Of a stretch of DNA of 64,000 bases, positions 12,365 to 25,289 are shown piece by piece (position 1 is the first letter of the stretch; each line of letters begins with the position of its first letter). The stretch covers positions 48,608,001-48,672,000 of the forward strand of contig NC_043013.1 of NCBI RefSeq assembly GCF_006345805.1. The letters are read 5' to 3'. The stretch is from Octopus sinensis. Lineage: Eukaryota. Both the position numbers and the translations under genes were made by a program. Under the pieces are notes generated by a model that was given only the letters and a program-made list of their open reading frames with translations, searched no databases and was not told where the DNA came from.

Positions 12365-12658
12365 GCGCAGAAGAGAAAGCAGGTCAACCCCTGACACCGA
12401 GAGCATCGACGGATGGATGAATGCGCATCCAGGCTCAGCGGTTGCGTAGGAAGTCGGGTACATGAAACAGGAAGAAAGAGTGAGAGAAAGTTGGGGCGGA
12501 AGAGTACAACAGGTGTCGCTACCACCCCCTGCTGGAGCCTCGTGGAGCTTTGGGTGTTTTCGCTCAATAAACACACACAACACTCGGTCTGGGAATCGAA
12601 ACCGCGATCCTCCGACCGCGAGTCCGCTGCCCTAACCACTGGGCCATTGCGCCTCCAC
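12365..12658 (-). mobile_element. SINE with the family B head and an alternative tail
   Basis: About 12460-12658 matches family B; 12365-12460 is unrelated to the standard B tail. It sits within (TGT/TGC)n low-complexity DNA. Confidence 0.75.
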
Positions 12659-13099
12659 TGTTGTTGCTGCTGCTATTGATGCTAGTAGAAAGGTTGTTAT
12701 TGTTATTCTCTTCTTATTCTTGCTGTTGTTGCTACTGTCTTTCTGTTGCATGTTGTTGTTGCTGCTGCAGTGATGATGTCAGTCACAGTAGGGCCCTTCT
12801 TTCCACTTTCCTGCTTTGGTTGTGTGGGCAGAAGACCGTTAGAAGGCTGATTGTTCTACGCAAATTGCATCTCGGTTTCTATCTTCCACAGTTATTCTTA
12901 GAATCACTCCATTCGGTAGGGACATGAGATTTGGGATTGTTTCATAATAGAGACGGTGGGTAAGAAACCTGGAGCAGTGGTGACCTAATCAACTTTGAGC
13001 TCCTGAATGCCTACAATAAAGAATAGACCATTATTATTTGGCAGGGGACTGCAGGCTGTTTTTATCTGCCTGGTCTCCATGTCGAAAGAGAGATGTGTT

Positions 13100-13489
13100 A
13101 CTCTCTTTTACTCTTTTACTTGTTTCAGTCATTTGACTGCGGCCATGCTGGAGCACCGCCTTTAGTCGAGCAAATCGACTCCAGGACTTATTCTTTCTAA
13201 GCCAAGTACTTATTCTATCGGTCTCTTTTGTCGAACCGCTAAGTTACGGGGACGCAAACATACCAGCATCGGTTGTCAAGCGATGTTGGAGGGGACAAAC
13301 ACAGACACACAAAGATATACATATATACGACGGGCTTCTTTCAGTTTCCGTCTACCAAATCCACTCACAAGGCTTTGGTCGGTCCGAGGCTATTGTAGAA
13401 GACATTTGCCCAAGATGCCACGCAGTGGGACTGAACCCGGAACCATGTGGTTGGTAAGCAAGCTACTTACCACACAGCCACTCCTGCGC
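13100..13489 (-). mobile_element. SINE family A
   Basis: Full-length match to the other copies. Confidence 0.9.
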
Positions 13490-14229
13490 TAGATTGAAAC
13501 TCCTGAACTAGATTGAAAAGTCGAAGATAGATACTTCCCCCCTTCAACATTTTCATATTTGGCATGGAAAGAAATTCTGATGCAGTTTCAAACTAGTTCT
13601 CTCGTCTCGTTCTCTTCACCTCCTACAGGGTATCATTTCACTCCAACACTACTCAGACCAGAATCCACCAGAGATCCGGCTCTGGTGGGACTCATTTTAT
13701 TGTTAACTTCACTGATCTTCCAAAATATGCAAAGAAGAGAACGAAATAAAAATCAGCACTGCTGTAGACGACCACTGAGTATTGTAGTGCGAAGGTCTCA
13801 GTCTAAAATAAGAGTTTGACTCCACCGAACTAAATTGCTATAGATATATATACTGGATATCCTGCTATACATCGCAGAGATTTCTTTCTACTTGTGCTTT
13901 CGTGATCGTCTCCAGACAACAACCTTTAACAACAAACAGCGATAACTTATTGTCTTTTAAGCTGTTGCCGCTAAAGTTTCACACGGTGCTGTAAGAGTTA
14001 CCTTTCTTTCTTCATTTCTGCTCAATCGAGCGGCGTCCTCCTGTTTAATCTGCTTGTCTTCTAGGGAGAAGCTAAATAGTTTCCTTGTGTTATGAGTTAT
14101 TCCTGCGAAAGAGATCTTGCTACTGTTGCTGCTGGTAATGATGGTGGTTTTATTGACTTTTGTTCTATCGCTGTTGTTGCTGTAGCCCATAAGGTGCTGC
14201 TTACGGTGCAATCATTATTTAGAGGGGAA

Positions 14230-15350
14230 AGACGACTTCGCAAAGTTGGTATTTTGGGGGCTGGAGATAAGAAAGATCGGTTATAGTTTAGGCGACTGAA
14301 AAGCTTGATGGCCGTGTGATATACGAAGGCTTCTTGATCACTGAAAAGTAGTCTTACTAGGGTTACAATACTGCGTGAACATCAGTCAGTTTTGGGATGT
14401 GGGTAAGATTCTCGAGGTATTGTAGGCCTTAATTTTTGCCCGAACAGCTGATGCGCAGCTACGTGTAAAGCACTTGGCGGATTTAGGACAAGGGGTTTTT
14501 GGTGCGTGTAGGATGCAAAACGACTTGCTTAAAAGGATGGTTTCAGTCATTCTGTCTAGCTGAGACTTGAATGAAGCAGATGTACTGCCAGGAAAAAGTA
14601 ACATAAAATTGACAGATCTTCGACATGTCGCTCGGCTTCAAGTGCTATAGGGTCTTCAGAGAGTGGATGTATGTTGTGTGTTTGGCAGTTGTAGTGAAGC
14701 CGTGACTGGATGATTCAATCAGTGGAGAAACGAACACGGTTAATAGCGTTTAAGTTTTGAGGTGAGAAAGAGATCAGTGGTGTCTGGAGTGTGCATTGGT
14801 TTGGTTTGAATGAAAGTAAGAGATGAAACAAGTTGGGGTAAAAAGTTGACAAGAGCAAAGGATTCGGTTTCTACACTCGCAGATTCGGTGTGGGATGTGT
14901 GTGAGAGCCACGATGGACAGCGAACATTGAAATAACTGAGAACAATGATTTTAGAGAAAAGTAAGGTGAGACAGATGTTCTCGATTTAGGAGGGAATATG
15001 GTTAAAGGGTTGCTAGTGGTTTCGAGATATCGGTGAGCGACAGAGAGCGAGAGTAACTGGAAATCGGTGTTGCTGAAACCCAGGTGAGAGAGGTAAGAGG
15101 TAGAGAATGAAGTGCATGTAATCATAAACACCACCTTTTGGAGTGAAATCTTAACAGAAAATTGTATCCTGAATAGCGGTGATGGATTGTCGATCGGGGC
15201 TGAGAAATTTGAGTCTCAAAGAGAAATAGAATGTGCAGTTTGCCTGGAAAAGGTGATACAGAGGATTTAGGTGGGAAAGAATTGTTCGGATGCGTGAAAA
15301 GGTGAGGAAAAATTTGACCAGGGGATGTCGAACTATTTTTCGGCATTATA
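14230..15350 (-). mobile_element. CR1-group LINE ORF2 remnant (AP endonuclease and linker)
   Basis: Minus-strand HILFLFETQIS, KGGVY, ETESFALVNFLPQLV, DLFLTS, FSWQYICF and CFTRSCASAVRAKIKAY across frameshifts. Confidence 0.7.
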
Positions 15351-15390
15351 TAGAATTGTAGAAAGTGATGGTCATGGAAATCCTGAAACC

Positions 15391-15620
15391 TATTTCTTTA
15401 TTACCCACAAGGGGCTAAACATAGATGGGACAAACAAGAACAGACATAGGTATTAAGTCGATTTGATCGACCCCAGTGCGAAACTGGTACTTAATTTATC
15501 GACCCCGAAAGGATGAAAGGCAAAGTCGACCTCGGCGGAAATGGAACTCAGAACGTAACGACGGGCTAAATACCGCTAAGCATTCGCCCGGCATGCTAAC
15601 GTTTCTGCCGGCCCGCCGCC
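15391..15620 (-). mobile_element. SINE family C monomer
   Basis: 14-bp TSD GAAATCCTGAAACC at 15377-15390 and 15624-15637. Confidence 0.9.
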
Positions 15621-15825
15621 TTAGAAATCCTGAAACCGGAGGCTTCGTTCAAATGCATGCAACAGGGCGAACTCAGCTAAATGTACCCAAGGGCCAGATA
15701 GTAGTGTTAAACCGAGTGGCATGGTGCACCTATAACCCTTCTAAAGGGAGAACATTCTGCACCTAATTGAAGGGGGTTACATTAGGAAAAGCAACAGGAA
15801 AATAAGAAAAAGAAAAATTATATAT

Positions 15826-16191
15826 TTCTTTACTGCCCACAAGGCGCTAAACATAGAGGGGACAAACAAGGACAGGCAAAGGGATTAAGTCGCTTACATC
15901 GACCCCAGTGCGAAACTGTGAGACCATTGTTGTAGTAGTAGTAGTAGTAAAGTAGTAGTAGTAGTAGTAGTAGTAGTAATGGCTATTTCTTTACTACCCA
16001 CAAGAGAGGACAGACAAACGGATTAAGTCGATTATATCAACCCCAGTGCGTAACTGGTACTTATTTAATCGACCCCGAAAGGATGAAAGGCAAAGTCGTC
16101 CTCGGCGGAATTTGAACTCAGAACGTAACGGTAGACGAAATACGGCTAAGCATTTCGCCCGGTGTGCTAACGTTTCTGCCAGCTCGCCGCC
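15826..16191 (-). mobile_element. SINE family C copy plus a partial 3' copy, separated by (GTA)n
   Basis: Copy at 15985-16191; partial copy at 15826-15920. Confidence 0.85.
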
Positions 16192-16208
16192 TGGTGATAA
16201 CTACCGCC

Positions 16209-16280
16209 TGCGTCGGCCGGGAGACGAACCTGGATCGACTGCTTGGAAGGCAACCATGCTAACCGTTACACCACCGACGC
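16209..16280 (-). tRNA. trnG-UCC: tRNA-Gly(TCC), possibly pseudogenic
   Basis: 72 nt: GCGTCGG TG GTGT AACGGTTA GCAT G GTTGC CTTCCAA GCAGT CGAT CCAGG TTCGTCT CCCGG CCGACGC A. Perfect acceptor stem; A-C mismatch in the T stem; A58 replaced by T. Confidence 0.75.
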
Positions 16281-16789
16281 TGACGACACCACCGACGCTG
16301 CAGTAATGGCAGCAACAATATTAGTAGTTGAAGGAATGACGGTAGAAGAAAGACAGATGGATAAGGGGTCACTGGGTGTGGACAGAAGTGAACAAGAAAT
16401 AAACAGAAAGAGGTTTTTTTTAAAATTCTTTTTTTCGTTGTTGTGCAGAAGTCACTACCAATGTTGTTGCTATTACTATTGCAGTCACTGTTGTTGTTGT
16501 TGTTTTTCATTAAATATCAGTGTTGCTATTTTTCTTTTTATATTTGTTGTCGATGTTGTCGATGTTGCTGTCAATGTTGTAGTTGTTATTCATCGAGTTT
16601 TCGCTTTGCTGTTGTTGTTGTTGTTGTTGTTCTGTGTTGCCGTCTAATGGTAATATGGTAAAGACAAAAAATATTAAATAGAATATTGCTTTGGTCGACG
16701 CAAAGTAAATAAAAACAGAAAGCGGCTGTATTTATGCTCCATGCACAGTTACAAACACACACAGACCCCCCCTACATTTACGTCTCCCT

Positions 16790-17170
16790 TTCTAAATCGT
16801 TCTTTCTTTCTTTCTTTCTTTCTTTCTTTTCCTTTCTTTCTTTCTTTCTCTTTCTTTCTTTCTTTCTTTCTTTTTTTCTTTCTTTCTTTCTTCCTTTTCC
16901 TTTCTTTTTCTTTCTTTCTTTCGTTCTTTTTTCTTTCTTTCTTTCTTTCTTTCTTTCTTTTTCTCTCTTTTTTTCTCTTTGTTTCTTTGTTTCTTGCTTT
17001 CTTTCTATCTTTCTTTCTCTCTTTCTTTCTCTCTTTCTTTCTTTCTTTCTCTTTTTCTTTCTTTCTTCCTTTCTTTTTTCCTTTCTTTCTTCCTTTTCCT
17101 TTCTTTTTTTCCTTTCTTTCTTTTTCTTTCTTTCTTTCTTTTTCTTTCTTTCTCTCTTTTTCTCTCTGTT

Positions 17171-17205
<35 letters not shown>

Positions 17206-17430
17206 CTCTTCACTCATACGCGCGCGTACACACACACACGATCACACGCACACACACACACACACACACACACTCCCACACTCACTCACGCACTCACACA
17301 CTCACACACACACACACTCACACACGCACACACTCACACACGCACACACACACACACACACACAACACACGATCACACACACACACAACGTATACACACA
17401 CACGATCACACACACACACACAACACGCAA
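16790..17430. repeat. (TTTC)n followed by (CA)n microsatellites
   Basis: Direct reading. Confidence 0.95.
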
Positions 17431-17997
17431 ACCTTGTGCGCTTTCTGTTTCCGTTGCTGCATCACATCCGTTATGTGGAAAGAGAAAGAAAGGAGAAAAT
17501 GAGAAAAAGAGAGAATGAAAAAAGGGAAAAAAAAGACATTTCTTTTTAATGATATTTTTAGCGATTTTTTTTTATTATTATCAACATTAATGTTTGGATA
17601 AACAAGAAGAAAGACGTGTTTTGTGAAAATGAAGACATGAGGACAGAAACAAAACTACAGCCTGCAATTAGGAGAAGTGAAACTGGTCAAAGAGGACAGT
17701 GAATGGGGAAAATATTTTGTTATCGGTTGGCATTTATTACATTAACGAAAACACCTCAATACACCTCACCATTCAAGCGGTTCTTGTTGGCTGTCGGCCA
17801 CGACAAAATGGGGTTAACAATGGAACTACAGAACCTTATGTACTGAAAAGAAATATCGGACTATTTTCATTATTCCCCAGGAAAGAAGGGAAAAATAAAT
17901 ATGCAAAAATTAACAGCAAAAGTAAGCAAGGGGTAATTGCTTTTTTTTTTGGTCACATTGTTGCATGTACGTTATTCAACAGACTGGTGATGATGGA

Positions 17998-18034
<37 letters not shown>

Positions 18035-18078
18035 TTGGTGGTGATGATGATGATGATGATGATGTCGATGATGATGTC

Positions 18079-18317
18079 GGTACTACTTAAGAAGAGTGGT
18101 CCCGGTGCGCGCACTCGCGTAGGCGAGCATCCGCGCTAGCTAGTCGTGACTAGTCGATCCTTTGTGTTTTTGCATTTTACTTTGTTTTAAAAAAATATTT
18201 ATTTTGTGTTTTATTTATTTTGCTAGGTAGTTGTAGGATCGACTGGTCACGACTAGCTAGCACAGATGCGTGACTACGCGAGTGCGCGCACCGGGACCGC
18301 TCTTCTTAAGTAGTACC
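18079..18317. mobile_element. MITE with 82-bp TIRs and 9-bp TSD (Mutator-like)
   Basis: TIRs at 18079-18160 and 18236-18317 start GGTACTACTTAAG; TSD GATGATGTC at 18070-18078 and 18318-18326; inserted in (GAT)n. Confidence 0.85.
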
Positions 18318-18759
18318 GATGATGTCGATGATGATTATGATGATGATGACGATGACGAGGACGACGGCGACAATGAGAACGATGACGGTGACAACGACGA
18401 TGATGATGATCACGATGACGACGATGATGATGATGATGATGATGACGATGACGATGATGAGTATAATGATGAAGAAAAGTGTAACAAAAATGAAAAAAAA
18501 ACAAAACACGGAAAACAAATCAGTAACAGAACAAAATGATAATCGATCCTGGCATTTATTTTATTTTTAGTTCCAAACTGCTTCAAGGAAACATTAGCTG
18601 ATCTCTCCTTCCATTTATTTGTATTTATTGATTTACTTGCGGAACTCTTAAAAATACCTATTGTCAGTTGTATTAATACGTAAATAAAATAACGTTTAGC
18701 GCTTTTTATCCTTCTAGTATTACTTACTCTATCGGTTTTCTATGAATAATAACAGTAAT

Positions 18760-19135
18760 AATCCTTTCTACTTTAGGTACAAGGCCTGACATTTGTTGGA
18801 AGAAAAGTAGTCGATTATATCGACCTCTGTATGCAACTGTTTTTTTTTTTTATTTATTTTTTCTGACCCCGAAATTATGAAGCACAAAGTCAACCTCGTT
18901 GACATTTGAACTCAGAACGTAAAACCGGAAGAAATGTCGCTAAGCATTTTTTGTCCAGCGTGCTAACGATTCTACCAGCCCTCCACCTTAACAGAAACAA
19001 CTACTACAACAACAACAATAGTTCCACAATGGAAACCATTTTGGGGGAGGGGATGTTCAACTGGTACTTGTTTTTTCGACCCGAAAGGAGAAAAGGCAAA
19101 GTCGACCTCAACAGAATTTGAACTGAGAATGTAGT
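18760..19135 (-). mobile_element. Degenerate family C-core SINE fragments
   Basis: Diverged core motifs at about 18800-18985 and 19050-19130. Confidence 0.6.
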
Positions 19136-19166
19136 ATTAATAATAATAATAATAATAATAATAATG

Positions 19167-19202
<36 letters not shown>

Positions 19203-19613
19203 TAATAATAATAATAATAATATAATAATAGGACGTGCTCTTCGCTGCTCTGACCAATTAGCAGCCGAAGACACAGAAACCCTAATACAACCTAGAAGAA
19301 CAGCTAAAAAATAACTTTCAAAAACTGGAATATCTACAATCTCCTGTGAGTTATCTTACATTTCCTTCAAAATACGTTTAGAAACTTACATATCTACAAT
19401 TTTCTCTGGACGAACTCACAAATGATCATCTTTAAAAACTTTGAAAAATTTCCTTCAAAATAAGTTTAAAAGCTTGCATATCTATAGTTTTACTGGGGCC
19501 GAACACACAAACGATCATCTTTAAAAACGTAAAAACTTAAGAACTTTAATATCTACAATTTTCTGTGAATATCTACCCTTTCCTTTTCCCTGAGAATTCA
19601 AAAATGTAAACAT

Positions 19614-19779
19614 AGGTGTATGAGTGGATGTGTGGTAAGTAGCTTGCTTACCAACCACATGCTTCCGGGTTCAGTCCCACTGCGTGGAACCTTGGGCAAG
19701 TGTCTTTTACTATAGCCTCGGACCAACCAAAGCATTGTGAGTGGATTTGGTAGACGGAAACTGAAAGAAGCCCGTCGTA

Positions 19780-19820
<41 letters not shown>

Positions 19821-20010
19821 TTGTTCCCCCAACATCGCTTGATAACCGATGCTGGTTTGTTTACGTCCCCGTAACTTAGCGGTTCGGCAAAAGAGACCGA
19901 TAGAATAAGTACTAGGCTTACAAAGAATAAGTCCTGGGGGCGATTTGCTCGACTAATGGCGGTACTCCAGCATGGACGCAGTCAAATGACTGAAACAAGT
20001 AAAAGAGTAA
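19614..20010 (+). mobile_element. SINE family A
   Basis: Full-length match with an internal (TA)n(TG)n tract. Confidence 0.9.
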
Positions 20011-20439
20011 CAGTATGCATACTATTATTTTTTTTACCAGTAATTAAAAATAGAACAAGGTGAATTGGTTCTTTCCAAGGCCAAGGTCAGCGCTCTCATT
20101 GATCGCTAGTAGTTGGAGTAAACGCATTTGACTTCTGCTGACCGCATGGGTGTGACGCTTCTTTTGTTTCCTGATCACATAGGAATGCGAAGCCCCGTTG
20201 TTGATCTCCTTCTCACCATCTGCCGAACCTATTTAGTCTATTCACCAAGCTGCTTCTCTTCCTCTTACATATCCCCTCCAACCCTCACGTATTTATGATT
20301 ATCCCAAGTACATAACAAAAGTCGAAACTAAACATAACCACACAGTAGTAGGAGACTTAACTAAATAACGGTTATACTGTTGTCATGGCTTCCAAGGTTA
20401 GCCACAATGATACAGATCAAGGCACTATTGGTGTTAACT

Positions 20440-21067
20440 AACGATGAACAATGATGCAATGACAAGTAACTGTTACGGTATTAATGGCAGAGTTGACAGT
20501 AGCGGCAGAGACAACAACCGTCTCTACATCTGCCACACAGAGCTCAATACTAATAATTTTAATTTAGCACAAATATGTCTTACGAAACAAAAAGGTAAAA
20601 CTATAACAGTACACCAAATCGCTTGTCTTATGGTTAATCTGGAAGTGCGTCTCCCAGAAGAGAGCCAGCCCGGGGTTCGAAAAGTCATCAACTAGCATAA
20701 ACCCTTCCCCGTATAGAAACCTGGAGGGTCATTTGAATGGGAACTGCCCAAAATCGAGCCCTCCAAGTTCACCATAGAAAGAAAAATGTAAGAGGACCAA
20801 ATGAATCCGAGGAGAGTGTACAGAAGCAATATACGCCTTTAATATGCATTTGCTTGGCCATCTGAAGAGAAACACACCGCACACTTTTATCAAATATAGA
20901 GAACATAGGCTCAGGAGTGGCTGTGTGGTAAGTAGCTTGCTTACCAACCACATGGTTCCGGGTTCACTCCCACTGCGTGGCACCATGGGCAAGTGTCTTC
21001 TACTATAGCGTCGGGCCGACCAAAGCCTTTGGTAGACAGAAACTGAAAGAAGCCCGTCGTATATATG

Positions 21068-21108
<41 letters not shown>

Positions 21109-21125
21109 GTGTGTGTGTGTGTGTG

Positions 21126-21165
<40 letters not shown>

Positions 21166-22532
21166 ATGTTTGTTGTGTCTGTGTTTGTCCCCCTAGCATG
21201 CTTGACAACCGATGCTGTTGTTTATGTCCCCGTCACTAGCGGTTCGGCAAAAGAGACCGATAGAATAAGTACTGGGCTTACAAAGAATAAGTCCCGGGGT
21301 CGAGTTGCTCGATTAAAGGCGGTGCTTCAGCATGGCCGCAGTCAAATGACTGAAACAAGTGAAAGAGTAAAGAGAGTAACTCAAAATCAAGACAGCAGAC
21401 CATATTTGGACGAAAACAAGTTAGCAAATGTTAGGAGGGGTATCTTCAGAAATAAAAGACTCACAGATAGTGAAATAACCGCAATTAAGCACGCAGCGGA
21501 AAATGACTTAAATGTACGACAGAAGGGAAATAAAGAACCAGACGAAGAGAGCAACTCTCCACGAGTCTCATTTGAAAGACTGCCATCTGACCAGAACACG
21601 CGAACGTCTGAAGAAATAAACTGTAATGAGCCTGATAACGATAACGAGGAAAGTGGTAAAGACAAAATATTTGAAGATCACGCATTTACGATAGAAATGA
21701 AATAGAAAATCCTGATTGAGCTTGCAGTTGTAAAACCACTTCATAACTTTATGAAGTGGTTCATAGAGAATCACTTCATGAACTCAAATACAATCCCAAA
21801 CAAATTAAAATTGGAAACTATGTAACAAATGAAAGTATACAAGAATTAAAACCAGACCTCACTGAGTTAAACGAAATTCTTAACGCAGCTGCCAAGGCCA
21901 TTGAAACCAATTGTATGCCTCTGGGAAAACAAAGGAATACAAACCCGAGAAGAATTCCAAACAGCAAAAGTGAAATTGAAAAACAGATTGAAATAATGAG
22001 AGGTGAAATATCAATATTGAATGAACTTAATCTGTGGAAACAATGGAAATACCAGAAAAGGAAGAAAGATGAAGAGAAAACATAGATTCTCACCGAGAGA
22101 AGAACTACTTTCAACAAAGATAACATTGCAACAAAAAGTCCAAGCAAAAGCTCAAAGAATATGAAGGTTAAAGAAGGGAAAGTTTTACAAGCAAAATAAG
22201 CTGTTCACATCCAATGTGAAAACATTCTACAGCGAAATAGAGAAGGAGAAAATAACCGTTGAAGACCGATGTAGACCAGAAGCACATCCATCAGTGGCTA
22301 CGGAGCTCAGAACTAAAGCCAAAGAGTGAAGGCTACTCAAGATCAGAGCTTATTGACCCCGAACTATCAAGCCAATGTGATGAAAAATGGTGTAGACGCA
22401 AAGTACCGATACTGCAACGATGGGATTGAAACAGTGGACTACTTAATCTCTGGGTGTAAGGTTTTAGCACCTGTAGAGTATAAATCAAGACATGACAGAA
22501 TTGGTCAATACCTACATTGGATAATGTGTCAG
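20440..22532 (+). mobile_element. RLE-type (R4/Dong-like) LINE remnant lacking the RT domain
   Basis: N-terminal RPYLDENKLANVRRGIFRNKRLTDSEI; C-terminal QDQSLL..NYQANVMKNGVDAKYRYCNDGIETVDYLISGCKVLAPVEYKSRHDRIGQYLHW; interrupted by a SINE. Confidence 0.75.
20907..21378 (+). mobile_element. SINE family A inserted in the LINE
   Basis: Full-length copy; the LINE peptide continues on both sides. Confidence 0.9.
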
Positions 22533-22534
22533 TT

Positions 22535-23400
22535 GTCTTCCCTTTTCAGAAATTTTGGTCGTGACAGCGATACTAGGGTAGAGTGGGGGATACTGTCAGT
22601 TCCAGGTAAATTCTGCAGATGTGGTAGTGCCGTCGGGCGCACCCGTCCAAGAAACCGACCTGCATGCGATCATGCAGTACTCGAGCATTGTCAAACGGCT
22701 GCGGAAAAGTGTGCCTAGATGGAGCGTCCGATTAGTGGGACGTGTTTTCTCCACAGAAAGAAGAAGAGCAGGTGTTCCATTCCGCTCAACCACGGTGAGG
22801 AGAAAGGGAGAGTGGCAACGTAGGCGCTCCATCTGACTCGTATCCCCTTAGAGAAGTGTCGATCACCACGCGGTGTTTGCTGTCCGATGCTTACGCTGAC
22901 ATCATCCAATATGAAAACACAAATCTTCCGCATCCTAGTTCTCGTGGGTTGCACATCGAAACCTTCAGCTACTATAGAAGTGGATCTAGAGTCAGTACGT
23001 ACGGATAAATGATGCTGAACGGTTCCAACAGATGGCCATTTACTCTGACCATCGGGTAATATATCGCTGTACATTATAGTTTCTGAAGACGGGATCGAAA
23101 CCATTTGCCTTGAAAACAGTCGCCAAGTATTGGAGGTCGACCATATCGAAGTCTATCGATTAATCCAAGTTGACTGAGGCTCCATCCATATCAGGTTCCT
23201 TATGCATCCACTTTATGATATATTCAACGAGGAGGAGGCTTTTTATGGATAGATGTGGGTTGGATGCTTCATGTTTGCGCATAACCAATGAGACCGTCAA
23301 CCTTTTGGCAAACGCTTTGGTCAAATTCTTGAAACCTTAGCGCAGAAGAATTATTGACCGCCAGGCACTTGCCTGTAATATATAATCAGCTGTTATCGGC
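22535..23400 (-). mobile_element. L1/Tx1-like reverse transcriptase remnant
   Basis: Minus-strand LTKAFAKRL, GASVNLD*SIDFDMVDLQYLATVFKANGFDPVFR, RVNGHLLEPFSI and DDVSV. Confidence 0.75.
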
Positions 23401-23406
23401 CTTTCG

Positions 23407-23490
23407 GCCCAAGGTGCCACGCAGTGGGACTGAACCCGGAACCATGTGGCTGGTAAACAAGCTACTTACCACACAGCCACTCCTGCGCCT
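23407..23490 (-). mobile_element. SINE family A head fragment
   Basis: Exact match to the family A 5' end. Confidence 0.85.
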
Positions 23491-24052
23491 TGACTATTCT
23501 ATATAAAGTTTTTGCCTGTTTGCTATGTGGCTTATGTTAAATATAAATGTGAGACTGGTCACCGATGTCTATATTTTTTAGTTTATCTTTTAGATGTTTG
23601 ACTTAATTCTACTCCGAAGCGTTGGAGCATTGTATTATTTGGTTGTGTGCAGTGTTTATCATGTTGGCTATTTGTGTTGTGTAATTGGGGGTGTATGATT
23701 TTGTGCTGACCTGCGGGTATATTTTTGTTTGATGCGTTTAAAATTATTTTGTTGACTCTTTGTGCTGCTGTAGCTTATCCAGCATTTTTCTTTTATTTCT
23801 GTGGTTATGTTGAATTCTACAAATTTAGATTCCGCTTCCTGATGGAATCGATTCCACCAAGCTCTTTTGAAGTATGTAGGAGTATTTTTTTCTTTGTTCA
23901 TTGATGAGTGCATAATGATGATAATAGCTAGGTAGTCAGAAAAGAGTTGGAAGATGTTTGGCGCGTGAATGTAGCTGCGTGGAGTAGCAAGTGATGTCTG
24001 AGGAAGAGTAGTATTTAGCTTTGGCAGCTACATGTGCACATGTGCGTGTGTG

Positions 24053-24084
<32 letters not shown>

Positions 24085-24191
24085 GTGTTTGCAGGGTGGG
24101 ATGTAAGACGCTTTAGTTCCGTTGGTATATATATATATTATATTATATATATATATATGTGTTGTGTGTTTGTTTGTGTGTGGCATCTGTG

Positions 24192-24244
<53 letters not shown>

Positions 24245-24771
24245 TATATATATACATATATATATGTATATATGCACATGCACCACACACACACAAACAC
24301 ACATACACAAGCACACACACACACACACACACACAGAGACGTGTAAGTTTATACTGAATACAAATGTCTGCCCGTTTCTTAATTTTCTGTGCTTTTTTTT
24401 TCTTTTCTATTTCCTTGTTTAGACATTTGTCTGAATAGAACGACAAGAAAAATATTTGTGAATATTCTAAGAAAGTGGATGTCGGTATAACAAAGATAAC
24501 AATGAAATCGCCGATACGCGATACGTGATAAGATAACAATAGATTTAATAGTGTAATATTTGTGAATATCGTACCAGCAAATAAACGATAACCTCTTTTA
24601 AAGTTGCAAGCAAGAAGTAGATCTATCTGATCCGTATTCTATAAACCCTACCCTTTTCAAAAATATAACTTCAAACTAAATAACTATGCTCTTATAATCT
24701 TTTTCGTACAAAGAACTATCACCTAATGATTATTTTGGTATTTAAAAATTTTTTTAAATTTAATTTTTTTT

Positions 24772-25151
24772 TATTTGCTTCAGTCATTTGACTGCGGCCA
24801 TGCTGGGGCACCGCCTTTAGTCGAGCAACTCGATCCCGGGACCTATCCTTTGTAAGCCCAGTACTTATTCTATCGGTCTTTTTTTGCCGAACCGCTAAGT
24901 GACGGGGACATAAACACACCAGCATCGGTTGTCAAGCAATGCTAGGGGGACGAACACAGACACACAAACATACACGCACACACATATATACGACGGGCTT
25001 CTTTCAGTTTCCGTCTACCAAATCCACTCACAAGGCTTTGATCGGCCCGAGGCTACAGTAGAAGACACTTGCCCAAAGTGCCACGCAGTGGGACCGAACC
25101 CGGAACCATGTGGTTGGTAAGCAAGCTACTTACCACACAGCCACTCCTGCG
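24772..25151 (-). mobile_element. SINE family A
   Basis: Full-length match. Confidence 0.9.
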
Positions 25152-25289
25152 ACTTCTTTGTTTTATAACACTAATTACATTAATTTCAGTTTCCTTGTTA
25201 AGTCGTTTAGATATATCTTAATGTTTTTGAATTGCAAAGCTTGTTAACCATTCTTCGTATTTTAGTTACAGATTGAACCTCAACACGGA

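Noticed and set aside
13600-13700. Strong-looking splice acceptor (pyrimidine tract plus CAG at about 13628)
   Set aside because: No convincing reading frame or donor; it cannot be supported without transcript data.
23083-23105. CTGAAGA...GAAAC hammerhead
   Set aside because: No stem II or stem I; it is the antisense of LINE RT coding sequence.
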